NCBI GenBank assembly: GCA_964188305.1
Contig: OZ076893.1
Source of the DNA: Podarcis bocagei
Taxonomy: Eukaryota
Length of the DNA: 64,000 bases
Reading direction: 5' to 3' (one strand)
In this document: positions 49,974-63,697 of the stretch, one piece after another
How positions within the stretch are numbered: the first letter of the stretch is position 1
Layout of the letters: each line of letters begins with the position of its first letter
Position numbers and translations under genes: made by a program
The notes under the pieces: generated by a model
Databases searched by the model: none
What the model was told of the DNA's origin: nothing
Seen by the model: the letters and a program-made list of their open reading frames with translations, nothing else

Positions 49974-52376
49974 ATGGAAGAAACCCACAGACTCTGGAGT
50001 TGCAGAAAAGGAATCCTTCAATGCCTTGTCATGGTGACAATCTGGAAGCTAATTTCTGGGCAGATCCGATATTCCATTCCTGAGGAGATGCAGAAAGGCT
50101 CTTTTGTGGGGAATGTTGCAAAGGACCTGGGAATGGATGGGAAGCAGCTTTCAGACCATGGACTCCGCATTGTTTCCACTGTAGGTATGGTTCAGTATTT
50201 TGCTTTGAATGTCAACAATGGCCATTTACAGATTTCTGAGAGAATAGATAGAGAGGAAATCTGTGGAGAGGCAGACAAATGCATATTGAAGTTGCAGGTT
50301 TTTATTGAAAGTAAATTAAAACTTTATGGTATTGAAGTGGAAATTACAGATATAAATGATAATGCACCCTGGTTTCTACCAAAGGAATGGAAAATGAAAA
50401 TCAGTGAGACATCAACACTCAGAGACAGGTTTCTTCTACCCAAAGCTCAGGATCCAGATCTAGGGATAAATTCTATACAAGATTATCAACTTGCAGGCAG
50501 TCACCATTTTTCTCTGCATGTGCAGACAGGAGAAAATGGGGCAAGACATGCTGAGCTGGTGCTGGAGAAACTTCTGGACAGGGAAGAGCGGCCAGATTAT
50601 GATCTAATCTTCACAGCTACTGATGGGGGTGATCCAGTGAGATCTGGTACTGCTCAAATTCATGTGATTGTTCTAGATGCAAATGACAATGCACCGATTT
50701 TCACGCAACAGATCTTTGAAGGAAGCATGGATGAAAATATTCCTAAAGGGTCGATAGTGTGCACAGTGAGAGCTACCGATATAGATGAAGGAACCAATGG
50801 AGAGGTAAAATACTCCTTTGAAAAAAACACAGAGAAAAATTCTAAAATGTTTCTACTGAATTCAACAACAGGAGACATTACCCTTGCAGGAAGCCTTGAT
50901 TTTGAAATATCATCTTTATATGAATTTGAGGTGCAAGCCATTGATGGTGGTGGTCTAAGTAACAGATCAAAGGTTGTTATCTTTGTAAAAGACTTAAATG
51001 ATAACGCACCTGAAATAGCAATAACCTTTGTACTCAACTCTGTGTCTGAGAACACACCAACTGGAACTGTCATTGCCATTTTAAATGTCCAAGACAGAGA
51101 TTCAGGAGTCAATGGGGAGGTTATGTGCTCAATTCCCAATAGCCTTCCTTTCCAACTAAAGAAAACAATGGACAACTTTTACACTTTAGTGACAGACAGA
51201 GCCCTTGACAGGGAACAAGTGGCGACCTATGACATCACTATTACAGCAACTGATAATGGGACTCCGACATTATCAACCTCTGCAATTATTTCACTGCAGC
51301 TGTTAGACACAAATGACAATCCCCCATTCTTTTTACAGTCATCCTACACCTCTTATCTTCTAGAAAATAATCCAAGAGGAGCCTCAGTCTTTTCCCTGAA
51401 AGCAAGTGATCCAGACTGGGAAGAAAATGCCAGACTAACATATTCCATCACTGATGACCAAGGAAGTGACTCCCGCCTCTCCTCCTACCTCTCCATTAAC
51501 TCTGAGACAGGGGTTATATATGCTCTGACCTCCTTTGATTATGAAGACTTTCGAGACATTCGGTTCCATGTAAAGGCCCAGGATGGAGGTTCTCCACCGC
51601 TCAGCTCCAGCGTCTCGGTGACTCTCTTCATCCTGGACCAGAATGACAATGCTCCCCAAATCCTGTACCCCTCCCCTCCCACTGATGGCTCCACAGGGAT
51701 AGAGCTGGCCCCTCGCTCCTCTGAGCCAGGCTACCTGGTCACTAAGGTGGTGGCCGTGGATGCGGACTCTGGCCAGAATGCCTGGCTCTCCTACCAGCTG
51801 ATCAAGGCCACTGAGCCAGGGCTCTTCACTCTGGGGCTCCACACAGGAGAGATCAGGACAGCCCGCTTCTTTCTGGAGAAAGATGCCCTCAAGCAAAGCC
51901 TGGTGGTTTTAGTCAAGGACAGTGGGCAGCCACCTCTCTCTGCTTCAGCCACTCTGACTGTGGTGCTGGCTGACACCATCCCTGCAATCCTCTCAGACCT
52001 GAGCAGCATCTCAGCTCCTGTAGATCCTCCGTCTGACCTCACCTTCTACCTGGTCCTTGCAGTGGCTTTTGTCTCTTGCTTGTTCTTCACTTTCCTCCTT
52101 GTGTTACTGGCCATCAAGTTGCACAGGTGGAGAAATTCTCAGCTGCTTGAGTCAGGGAGTGTGAATTTCAGTGGCGCTCCTATCTCACAGTTTGTGGGGA
52201 TTGATGGAGTACGAGCATTTCTGCACTCCTACTGCCAGGAGGTTTCTCTCACTACAGACTCTAGAAAGGCAAATTATTCCAATACTCTGAGCAGTAAAGA
52301 AGCTTGTGAGGCAAAGGATCCAATCCTACCTGGTGAAGATTTAAACTTGAACAGTGAAGGCTTAATCGTAGTCCAG
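49974..52376 (+). CDS. PCDHGA: Protocadherin gamma-A-like variable exon 6 (type-II tail with 7-aa deletion)
   Basis: ORF reads to 52550, but donor CAG|GTGAGC after 52376 (801 codons) marks the homologous exon end. Confidence 0.92.
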
Positions 52377-54868
52377 GTGAGCAAACAATTTTCGATTAAC
52401 ATGATTTTTTTGTTTTGTTTTATTAATATCAGAATATATTTCCCATTTACCTCTGGTTTCTCATTATATTCAGAACTATGTCAGTCTTCTTTTTATTCCA
52501 TCCAGCTCTTCCTTCCTTTAGTTATCACTGGGTATGTGATCCTTCTGTGAAGGAACTTCTTTCACCAAATCTTTATCTTGATGCATTAAGTGACCAATCT
52601 TTGCCTCATTCGTGCTACTTCGGACTGCTGGTGGGGGCTCATAAAACAGAATGCTCCTCTATAAGAAAACATAGTTCCCTACATATTGCAAACAATCATG
52701 CCTGGGAGACAGTTATTAGCCTAATTTAATTCCTCTCACCTAGTTTTTATGTGGAAGTGTATTTCCCAACCAGTATTGATCAAGACTTCAGTATGTGGGT
52801 TCCTGTTTAATTTACGGATGGATTTGGTGCATTCTTAATTGTTTTAACTTTGACTGTTGTATTTTATTTTTATCTCATTTCTGCATGACATTACCAAATG
52901 TTGGGATGGATGGATGGATAGACAGCTAGTATATGAATAAATGAGTATATAAATGTGAGCAGCCACCTATCTTGGTACTGGCAAGACATAGGTTTACTGC
53001 CTCGGTGAGCACTAGAAACTAGAGGCCTATGGCAAGTCAGTGTCCACTCCAGTCATTCAGGCAGACAAGCTCTTAACCTGGAAGCAAACTGATTCATTTT
53101 TATTTTTATTTCAAGCAGCTTGTACACTACAAATACCTACTGTGGTCTGCACAGATAGGATAGTCAAACATCTAGTCAGCAAGTAACTTTGCTGCACTTG
53201 TTTGCATGTCAATGGTACTTCATAGGGACTTCTCTGACAGTAAGTAACCCCTTTCCACTACACTCCCTCCAGAAAGCTGATATTGATATTCCCATTGTCA
53301 AAAGGCTTGTTATGTCATTTTCCAAAAGCAGTTATGGTTTTACTTAGCTTTTTATTGACTGAGATATTATTGATGTTTGTATATTTTAGAACGATAAGAT
53401 AAGGAGACTTAATTGGGGAGGGGACTCTGGGAATAAAAAAGAAAAAATGCAAGCACTTGTATATAAGATGGTTGCTTTATGCTCCTTATAACTTGGAACC
53501 TTCACCCTGTGTCAGAAAACAACAGCAACACACTAACTTTTTTTGGGGGGGGGGTTCTACCCCAGTGAGATTTCCAATATAAGGTGAGGGTAGAATTTTG
53601 AATCCCAGAAAATATATGTGTCTGTGGTGTCAGAAGAAGAGTGCTTGACAATGTCCAAAAATCCCAAGCCAGAAAACACTTATTTGTAGGATGTGTTTCT
53701 GACCCCATTAAGAAACTCACAAGAAAACTGTCCTTGGTTAGAGAGATGTCCCCAAACAACATTATTCGGCTTGTGCCAAGTTATTGACACAGCTGTAAGT
53801 GGTAGGGGCTGAACTTTGGAGATATTGTAGGGGTGACCATTTGTGACAATGTCCTGGAAGTCCATTCATTGCAGAATGAAAACCACACTGGAGCGGAGGT
53901 GGGGATGCTTTGATTCACACAAAATTGTATGAGAGAAACTGGAAATGATTTATTACTTGGGCACATTGCGGGGGAAATGGTGCTAGAAATAGTTGCTTTA
54001 CATTATTGTAAATAAAAGTGGTAAAATATTTTGATCACATTGATCACATGCACATTAGTTAGTTTGGTCTTTCAGTATTTTATTCCTTTACAGAAACCTT
54101 TTAAACAGAATAATGCAAAAGTATAGAGGTATTAATGCTATGTTTAAACTGGGTGAAAGACGGATAGCAAATAGCATACTAATGTATTACATGTTATCTC
54201 TTTTATAAAGAGTGCAGCTAGCTTTAGTCCAGGTCCTATGAGAAGATTTTAAATATAAGCTCTCCCATCTTTTTTAATCACTTTAATTCAGCGAGGACCC
54301 ACTTTTCTTTGAATTAATTTCAAGTATAAATGGGGTTCATCAGTACCGTTAGCTAAACCTCCCTGCCATTTCTTCCCTTTTTCAAGAAAAAAAAAATCAC
54401 CTTTGTGTGGGGTGCTGGTAGTAACTGTCAATGGGCAGAGGTAGGAAAGTAACCTTGAACCAGAAATGATGTTCCTGAGTATGCACAGAAGTGGAATTTC
54501 CTGCCAGAGAGCATGCCAAGTGTATTTCCCTCTGCCTCCTGATCCAATAAAGGAGACATTGACAAACCCTGTGTACCCTGACAAGGAATTACACTCCTTA
54601 AATGATCTAGAAGACCACAATTTCTTTAGAAGCCTCTGGAAACAAAGCCCTCCTCACCAACAGGCATCCCCCCTCTACTATTCCTATGGTTTTTCTTGTT
54701 GTTTTTTTCCTTTTTAAAGAAAGAAACTATCAATGATGCTGAATGGTGAGGCACTGGGAAGTGATGGAGAAGAAATTTGTTTATGATTGAATTTAAATGT
54801 GAACTTATATTACAAGCAATTCCCTACTTTAGAGATAAAATATCATGTAGAGTTACAGAAATAGCAAA

Positions 54869-54909
54869 AACAGTTCCCCATGTGGACTCAGAGTGTCACT
54901 GTTGGACAA
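54869..54909 (+). promoter_or_regulatory. CSE / CTCF site of B3 (CACT variant)
   Basis: GGACTCAGAGTGTCACTGTTGGAC; CACT at 54897. Confidence 0.8.
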
Positions 54910-55093
54910 CGTGGGAGCAGCCATGGCTCAGCATTTCTGAGACTCTTGGAGTAGTATCTCTCTCTTAACACTTCAGCCGAGCAGAAAGGAAAAGCTTTTA
55001 TTTTAAAAGCTGCTCAAGAAAGGAAAGCTCTCAGTTTCCCAAAGAACAATATTTCTATTATCTCACATAATAAGGAGGAAATCATAAACAACA

Positions 55094-57523
55094 ATGGATG
55101 TGATGGAAATAAAGCAGGCAGAGAGAAAAAGGAAGATCACCAAGAGGCAAGTACTGTTTCTGTTCATATTCTGGTCTGTGTTCTGCTGCCAGGTAGTGTC
55201 TGAGCAGGTTCAGTATTCAGTTCCAGAGGAAGCAGAGCAGGGCTCATTTGTGGGGAACCTTGCTAAAGATCTGGGGTTGGATGTCAGAGAGCTGTCAAAG
55301 CGCATGCTTGGTATTTCTTCAGAGAAGCAATTCTTTGATTTGAATGAACAAAATGGCAACCTGTATGTGAATGAGAGGATAGACCGGGAAGAGATCTGTG
55401 GGGAATCATCCACTTGTGTCCTCGAATTAGAAATTGTGGCACACAATCCTTTGAATATTTTCCACATAAATATTTTTATCCAGGACATTAATGATAATGC
55501 CCCACATTTCCAGAATGAAAATATTGAGCTTAAATTGAGTGAATCTACTCTGCCAGGAACTCGATTTGCTCTTGGTAATGCTGAAGATGATGATATCGGA
55601 ATGAACTCCCTCCAGAATTATCAGTTGAGCTCAACTCCATATTTCAAACTAGAAATTCAAGCTGGCAATGATGGCGGCAAATATGCAGAGTTAATATTGC
55701 AGAAACAACTGGACAGGGAAAAGGAACAGATGCACCACATGGTCCTTACAGCCATGGATGGTGGAGAACCTCCAAAAACCGGAACAGCCAAAATATTGGT
55801 AACAGTTATTGATATTAATGACAATGCCCCTGTTTTCACCCAGACAATCTATAAAGTGAGCCTGAAGGAGAGTGCACCCAAAGGAACCTCTGTGCTTCAA
55901 GTCAAAGCATCTGACAGTGATGAAGGGTCATATGCTGAGATCACTTACACTTTCAGTGACATCCCAAAAACAGCCAAACAGAAGTTTCATCTGGATCCCA
56001 GAGACGGAACAATCACACTCATAGAAAGTGTTGATTTTGAGGACAGACAAAAATATATGATGAAAATTCAGGCAAGTGATGGTGGAGGATTGGCGGCACA
56101 TTGTAATGTGGAGATTGAGGTTCTTGATGAGAATGACAATGCTCCAGATGTGATCCTTACATCCATGTCCAGCCCAGTTCCTGAAGATGTCACATCTGGA
56201 GCTGTGATTGCTCTCATTAAAGTTCAGGACAGGGATTCTGGGGATAACGGAGAAGTCACCTGTCACCTGAAGGAACTTGTACCTTTCCTGATAGTCTCAT
56301 CTTCGAGTAATTACTTCAAGCTCCTCATAGATGGTGCCCTTGACAGAGAAAGGACTCCCGAGTATAACATTACAATCACAGCCACAGACAAAGGCACACC
56401 TCCACTCTCCACACACAAAACAATATCAATACAGATCTCAGATATCAATGATAACCCACCAGCCTTTGACAAATCTTCTTACACTGCCTATGTTCCAGAG
56501 AACAACCCATCTGGAGCTTCAATTTTCCACATCAAGGCCTCTGACCCAGATCTGGATCGCAATGCCAGAATCACTTACTCCATCCTTCACAGCAACATCA
56601 AGGACCTGCCTCTCTCCTCCTATGTCTCCATTAACTCTGAGACTGGGATCATCTATGCCCAACACTCCTTTGACTATGAGCAATTCAGGGAGTTTCAGAT
56701 TCAAGTGAAGGCCCAAGATGGAGGTTCTCCACCGCTCAATAGCAGTGCCACAGTGACAGTATGTGTTTTGGATCGAAATGATAACGCTCCGCAGATCCTG
56801 TACCCCTCACAATCAACAGAGGGTTCACCTTTCTTTGAGATGGTGCCTCGGTCATCTGAGTCGGGTTATCTGGTGACGAAGGTGGTGGCCGTGGACTCTG
56901 ATTCGGGACACAATGCCTGGCTCTCCTTCCATCTCCTGCAGGCCACAGAGCCCTCACTCTTCAGCATTGGCTCCCACACAGGAGAGGTGCAAACAGTCCG
57001 AGCATTACTTGAGAGAGATGCAGTGAAGCAGAGGCTGGTCATCCTGGTGAAGGACAATGGGCATCCTCCTCTCTCAGCTAGCACGACTTTGAGCCTGGTG
57101 TTTGCTGAGAACTTCCAGGAGGCTCTTCCAGAAATGAACTCCCAACCAAATGACTCAGAGTATCAGTCTGATCTACAGTTTTATTTGGTATTGGCCTTGA
57201 CCATGGTGTCCTTTCTGTTCCTGGTGACGGTGATTCTGACCATTCTGATGAAGCTTCGAAGGTCAAGGAACCCCACTTTCCTCCAGTGCTTTATTCCTGA
57301 CCCCCATTCAAAGGCTGGTGCCATATTCCCACCCAATTATGAGGACGGAACTTTGCCTTATTCCTACCAGGTCTGTTTGTCCTCTGAATCCAGGAGGAAT
57401 GAGCTGACATTCCTGCAGCCCACTGTCCAAATAGCAGAGAACATCCTTTGCAATGGCAACTCTGACATTTCTTTGATGGTCAGTGGAGGTAATTTAAATT
57501 CTGAAAATGAAAATGACAGCACG
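55094..57523 (+). CDS. PCDHGB: Protocadherin gamma-B-like variable exon (B3)
   Basis: 821-aa ORF; donor ACG|GTGAGT after 57523 (810 codons). Confidence 0.92.
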
Positions 57524-57847
57524 GTGAGTTATATTGCATTTTCCTTTTCCTGGAATTAGGTGTGTTATCAGTTGTTTGAGAGTTTATTTGTAAATAATGG
57601 ATGTTATCAAGCTGGCATTCTAGACAATTCATGCCATGTTACCAGGAAGGTAGGGAGGGAGTAATACTGAGCTGCTACTGCTGCAGAGCAACCTAATGGG
57701 ATGGATTTTTCAGCAGTTGCTGAGGGAGAAAACTGCAAATTGTGGAAGCCTCAGTCTGAATTATCTAGATGCCTATCTTCATGCTGACTTAGGGTGATGA
57801 TCTAGGACCACAGCATAGCATGTTTGAGTGGAGACAGTGCTAAATTG

Positions 57848-57891
57848 TTTTCTTTCTTTCTTTCTTTCTTTCTTTTTTTCTTTCTTTCTTT
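57848..57891. repeat. (TTTC)n microsatellite
   Basis: Direct tetranucleotide repeat. Confidence 0.8.
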
Positions 57892-59384
57892 CCAGCATGA
57901 CTAAATTTGAATATGTAGCTATTTTAATGTTCTCTCTTTAAAAAGATACAGTATATGCAAGAAGAAACACAAAAACATCCTACATTGTATATGCTTCAAG
58001 AAGTTTGAAAATTTTCTATTTATTGGCAAAAAATTCCTTAATATCCAACTAAATATTAGGAAGTTTGTGGAGAGTTTTTTATGTGTTATGGGGAAGGAAA
58101 TAGCAGATTGAACATCTTTTGATGACAGTCTGCCAGCAGAGATAATTACATGGTGATTGATGATAGCCAGACATAAGTCTTGGCTCCCATATTCATTTTG
58201 GTGGAAAGAGTGAATAAGAGATTAATCCCTGGTGCTTTGAAAAAGCTGTTTTCTGTTGTCAAGAGACCAAGAAGCAGTCAGCTGCTAGGAACTCGGATGG
58301 GGGTTAAGCGACTTGAGAGCTGAGGAATTTACATCTTACCCTAAAGCCATGTAAGAACCGTGACCGGTATGGGATCTGCAAAAGTCTCCCTTTCTTAATT
58401 ATTTTTGGGACAGTTATAATTTATAACTGAGGGAGATTTGTCCAGTTTTAACAATGGAAATCTGTATTTTTGTATTTTTTAGATTGATATAAATGTTCTA
58501 CATTATTAAACTTTTATATTATTAAAAATGAATAAAAATTATATTTTAAAAATGACAACCATAATTCAAAGCACACAGGAAGTTAAAATCACAACAGAAT
58601 AGATTAATACAAATTAAAGCAAATTAAAAATGCAAGCAATATTATGTAAGATTGATTGCATTATGCTCCTTACAACTTGGAACCTTCACTCAGTGTCGGA
58701 AAACAACAGCAACACAGTAATTCTTTGGAAGGGGTGTGTGTTTCTACCCCAATGAGATTTCCACTGTTTGGTAGAGGTAGAATTTTGAATCCCAGAAAAT
58801 ATGTTTCTGTGGTGTCAGAAGAAGAGTGCTTGACAATGTCCAAACATCCCAAGCCAGAAAACACTTATTTGTGGGATGTGTTTCTGACCCTATTAAGAAA
58901 CTCACAAGAAAACTGCCCTTGGTTAGAGAGATGTCCCCAAACAACATTATAAGGTTTGTGCCAAGTTATTGAAACAGCTGTAGCTGGTAGAGGCTGAACT
59001 TTGGAGATATTGTTGGAGTGACCATTTGTGACAATGTCCTGGAAGTACGTTCATTGAAGAAGCAAAACTGCACTGGAGCAGATGGGGTGAGAATTCTTTG
59101 ATTCACATAAAATTGTATGGCGGTTAAAGAGAAACTGGAAATGATTTACCGGTAATATTGGGAACACTTGGGGAAAAAAATGGTGCTTGAAATAGTTGCA
59201 TTACATTATTGTAAATACAAGTGGTAAAATATTTTGATCACATTAATCAAATGCACATTGGTTAGTTTGGTCTTTCAGTATTTTATTCTTTTACAGAAAC
59301 TTTTTAAATGGAATTATGCAAAAGTATAGAGATAGAAATGCTATGTTCAAACTGGATGAAGGACAGATAGCAAATAACATAGTA

Positions 59385-59644
59385 TAGTCATACCTCGGGT
59401 TGAATGTGCTTCAGGTTGAGCGCTTTCGGGTTGCGCTCCGTGGCAACCCAGAAGTAATGGAACGTGGTACTTCCAGGTTTTGCCACTCGCACATGCGCAG
59501 AAACTCAAAAAGATGTCACACGCATGCGCGGAAGCGGCAAAATGCAACCCGCGCACATGCAGACGTGCCATCGCGTCTTACATTCTATTCAGGATGCAAA
59601 CGGGACTCCGGAACAGATCCCGTTCGCATCCCGAGGTACCACTG
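59385..59644. mobile_element. Tc1/mariner MITE with paralogous empty site
   Basis: TA-TAGTCATACCTCGGG ... CCCGAGGTACCACTG-TA; the paralogous site at 54180-54181 has a single TA. Confidence 0.88.
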
Positions 59645-60387
59645 TAATGTATTACATGATCATCTCTTTTATAAAGAGTGCAGCTAGCTTTAGTCCAGGT
59701 CCTAGGAGAAGATTTTAAATATAAGCTCTCCCATCTTTTTTAATCACTTTAATTCAGTGAGGACCCAGTTTTCTTTGAATTAATTTCAAGCATAGAATGG
59801 TTTTCACCACTACCATTAGCTAAACCTCCCTGCCATTTCTTTCCCTTTTCAAGTAAAAAAAAAAAAAATTACCTTGAAAAGGTGTGGGGTGCTGGTGGTA
59901 ACTGTCAATGGGCAGAGGTAGGAAAGTCCTAACCTTGAACCAGAAATGATGTTCCTGAGTATGCACAGAAGTGGAATTTCCTGCCAGAGAGCATGCCAAG
60001 TATATTTCCCTCTGCCTCCTGATCCAATAAAGGAGACATTGACAAACCCTGTGTACCCTGACAAGGAATTACACTCCTTAAATGATCTAGAAGACCACAA
60101 TTTCTTTAGACGGCTCTGGAAACAAACCTTTTGTATCTGATGAGCCCTCCTCACCAACAGGCATCCCCTCTCTACTATTCCTATGGTTTTCTTGGTGTTT
60201 TTTCATTTCTTTTTAAAGAAAGAAACTAAAGCAAAGATGCTGAATGGTGAGGGACTGGGAAGCGAAGAGGATGCACACAGGTGATGGAGAAGAAATTTGT
60301 TTCTGATTGCACTTAAAGGTGAACTTATATTACAAGCAATTCCTTACCTTAGAGAAAATTTCTATGTAGAATTATAGAAATAGTAAA

Positions 60388-60428
60388 AGCAGTTCACCGT
60401 ATGGACTCAGAGTGTCACTGTTGGACAA
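60388..60428 (+). promoter_or_regulatory. CSE / CTCF site of B4 (CACT variant)
   Basis: AGCAGT...GGACTCAGAGTGTCACTGTTGGAC; CACT at 60416. Confidence 0.8.
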
Positions 60429-60655
60429 CGTGGGAGCAGCCATGGCTCAGCATTTCTGAGACTCTTGGTGCAATCATACTCTCTTAACACTTCAGCTGAG
60501 CAGAAAGGAAAAGCTTTTATTTTAAAAGCTGCTCAAGAAAGGAAATCTCTGTTTCCCAAGGATCAGCAGAAAAGAACAACATTAGTACTATATCACTTAA
60601 GTGTACTGGGAGTCTTGAAAACTGAAGTGAAAGGAGGAGGAAATCAGGAAATGCA

Positions 60656-63085
60656 ATGGATGTGATGGAAGTAAAGCAGGCAGAGAAAACAAGGGAGATC
60701 ACCAAGAGGCAAGTACTGTTTCTGTTCATATTCTGGTCTGTGTTCTTCTGCCAGGTAGTGTCTGAGAAGGTTCAGTATTCGGTTCCAGAGGAAGCAGAGC
60801 AGGGCTCCTTTGTGGGGAACCTTGTTAAAGATCTGGGTTTGGATGTCAGAGAGCTGTCAAAGCGCAAGCTTGGTATTTCTTCAGAAAAGCAATTCTTTGA
60901 TCTGAATGAACAAAGTGGCAACCTGTATGTGAATGAGAGGATAGACCGGGAAGAGATTTGTGGTAAATCATCTACTTGTGTCGTCAAATTAGAAGTTGTG
61001 GCACACAATCCTTTGAATATTTTCCACGTAAATATTTTTATCCAGGACATCAATGATAATGCCCCACATTTCCAGAATGAAAATATTGAGCTTAAATTGA
61101 GTGAATCTACTCTGCCGGGAACTCAGTTTGCTCTTGGAAATGCTGAAGATGATGATATCGGAATGAACTCCCTCCAGAATTATCAGTTGAGCTCAACTCC
61201 ATATTTCAAACTAGAAATTCAATCTGGCGATGATGGTGGCAAATATGCAGAATTAATATTGCAAAAACAACTGGACAGGGAAAAAGAACATGTGCATCAC
61301 ATGGTCCTTACAGCCATGGATGGTGGAGAACCTCCAAAAACCGGAACAGCCAAAATATTGGTAACAGTTATTGATATTAATGACAATGCCCCTGTTTTCA
61401 CCCAGACAAACTATAAAGTGAGCCTGAAGGAGAGTGCACCCAAAGGAACCTCTGTGCTTCAAGTCAAAGCATCTGATAATGATGAAGGGTCAAATGCTGA
61501 GATCACTTACATTTTCAGTGACATCCCAAAAACAGCCAAGCAGAGGTTTCATCTGGATCCTAGAGACGGAACAATCACACTCATAGAAAGTGTTGATTTT
61601 GAAGAAATTCAATATTATGTGATGATAATTCGGGCAAGTGATGGAGGCGGATTGGCGGCACATTGCAAAGTGGTGATTGAGGTTCTTGATGAGAATGACA
61701 ATGCGCCAGATGTGATCCTTACATCCGTGTCCAGCCCAGTTCCAGAAGATGTCACATCTGGAGCTGTGATTGCTCTCATTAAAGTTCAGGACAGGGATTC
61801 TGGGGATAATGGAGAAGTCACCTGTCACCTGAAGGAACTTGTACCTTTCCTGATAGTTTCATCTTCAGATAATTATTTCAAGCTCGTCATAGACGGTGCC
61901 CTTGACAGAGAAAGGACTGCAGAGTATAATATTACAATCACAGCCACAGACAAAGGTTCACCTCCACTCTCCACACACAAATCCATATCAATACAGATCT
62001 CAGATATCAATGATAACCCACCAGCCTTTGAAAAATCTTCCTACACTGCCTACGTTCCAGAGAACAACCCATCTGGAGCTTCAATTTTCCACATCAAGGC
62101 CTCTGACCCAGATCTGGATCACAATGCCAGAATCACTTACTCCGTCCTTCACAGCAACATCAAGGACCTGCCTCTGTCCTCCTATGTCTCCATTAACTCT
62201 GAGACTGGGATCATCTATGCTCAACGCTCCTTTGACTATGAGCAATTCAGGGAGTTTCAGATTCAAGTGAAGGCCCAAGATGGAGGTTCTCCACCACTCA
62301 ATAGCAGTGCCACAGTGACAGTATGTGTTTTGGATCGAAATGATAACGCTCCGCAGATCCTGTACCCCTCACAATCAACCGAGGGCTCCCCTTTCTTTGA
62401 GATGGTGCCTCGGTCAGCTGAGTCGGGTTATCTGGTGACAAAGGTGGTGGCCGTGGACTCTGATTCTGGACACAATGCCTGGCTCTCCTTCCATCTCCTG
62501 CAGGCCACAGAGCCCTCACTCTTCAGCATTGGCTCCCACACAGGAGAGGTGCAAACTGTCCGAGCATTACTTGAGAGAGATGCAGTGAAGCAGAGGCTGG
62601 TCATCCTGGTGAAGGACAATGGGCATCCTCCTCTCTCAGCCACCACAACATTGAGCCTGGTGTTTGCTGAGAACTTCCAGGAGGCTCTTCCAGAAATGAA
62701 CTCCCAACCAAATGACTCAGAGTATCAGTCTGATCTACAGTTTTATTTGGTATTGGCCTTGACCTTGGTGTCCTTTCTGTTCCTGGTGACGGTGATTCTG
62801 ACCATTCTGATGAAGCTTCGAAGGTCAAGGAACCCCACTTTCCTCCAGTGCTTTATTCCTGACCCCCATTCAAAGGCTGGTGCCATATTCCCACCCAATT
62901 ATGAGGACGGAACTTTGCCTTATTCCTACCAGGTCTGTCTGTCCTCTGAATCCAGGAGGAATGAGCTGACTTTCCTGCAGCCCACTGTCCAAATAGCAGA
63001 GAACATCCTTTGCAATGGCAGCTCTGACATTTCTTTGATGGTCAGTGGAGGTAATTTAATTTCTGAAAAGGAAAATGACAGCACG
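60656..63085 (+). CDS. PCDHGB: Protocadherin gamma-B-like variable exon (B4)
   Basis: 812-aa ORF; donor ACG|GTGAGT after 63085 (810 codons). Confidence 0.92.
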
Positions 63086-63594
63086 GTGAGTTAAAGTGCA
63101 TTCTTTTTCTCCCTTTTTTAGGGAATTTGGTGTGTTATCACTCGTTTAAGAGTTGAATTATAAACAGTGGATTATATCAAACTGGCACCCCATACAATTC
63201 AGGCCATGTCACCAGGGAAGTAGGTAGGGAGTAGTACTGAGCTGCTACTGTTGCAGATCAAGCTAATGGAATGGGCCTTCTAGCAGTTGTTGAAGGGCAA
63301 AATTGCAAGTTGGGGGGGAGCCTCAGTCAGAATTATCTAAATGCACATTTGCATGCTGACTTAGGGTGATGATCTCGGACCACAGGATGGCATATCATGT
63401 TTGAGTGGAGATGCTTATCATTCCTTCCTTCCTTCCCTCTTTCCTTCATAGTATGACTAAAATTGAATATGTAGCTATTTTAATGTTCTGTCTTAAAAAA
63501 ATAGAAAAATAAACATAAAATAATTACATAGTAGATTCTTCAAGAAGTTTGAAAATGTTCTGGTTATTGGCAAAATTCTCATTATTATTAAACT

Positions 63595-63697
63595 CATCAT
63601 CATCATCATCATCATCAACCTTTATAACGGTCCAGAGACCCAACAAATCGTTACAAAGCAATACACAATTCATACAGCCTACCTCCAGGTTAAACAA
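63595..63697 (-). mobile_element. Short 5'-truncated non-LTR retro-insertion with (ATG)n tail
   Basis: (CAT)7 at the left end; 25-bp TSD GCAAAATTCTCATTATTATTAAACT (63570-63594, 63698-63722); absent from the paralogous region near 58005-58030. Confidence 0.75.

Noticed and set aside
52377-52550. 57-aa hydrophobic read-through extension of ORF 49974 as a possible second TM
   Set aside because: It lies after a consensus donor at the homologous exon end, T-rich intron sequence yields hydrophobic codons by chance, and it is not shared with paralogs
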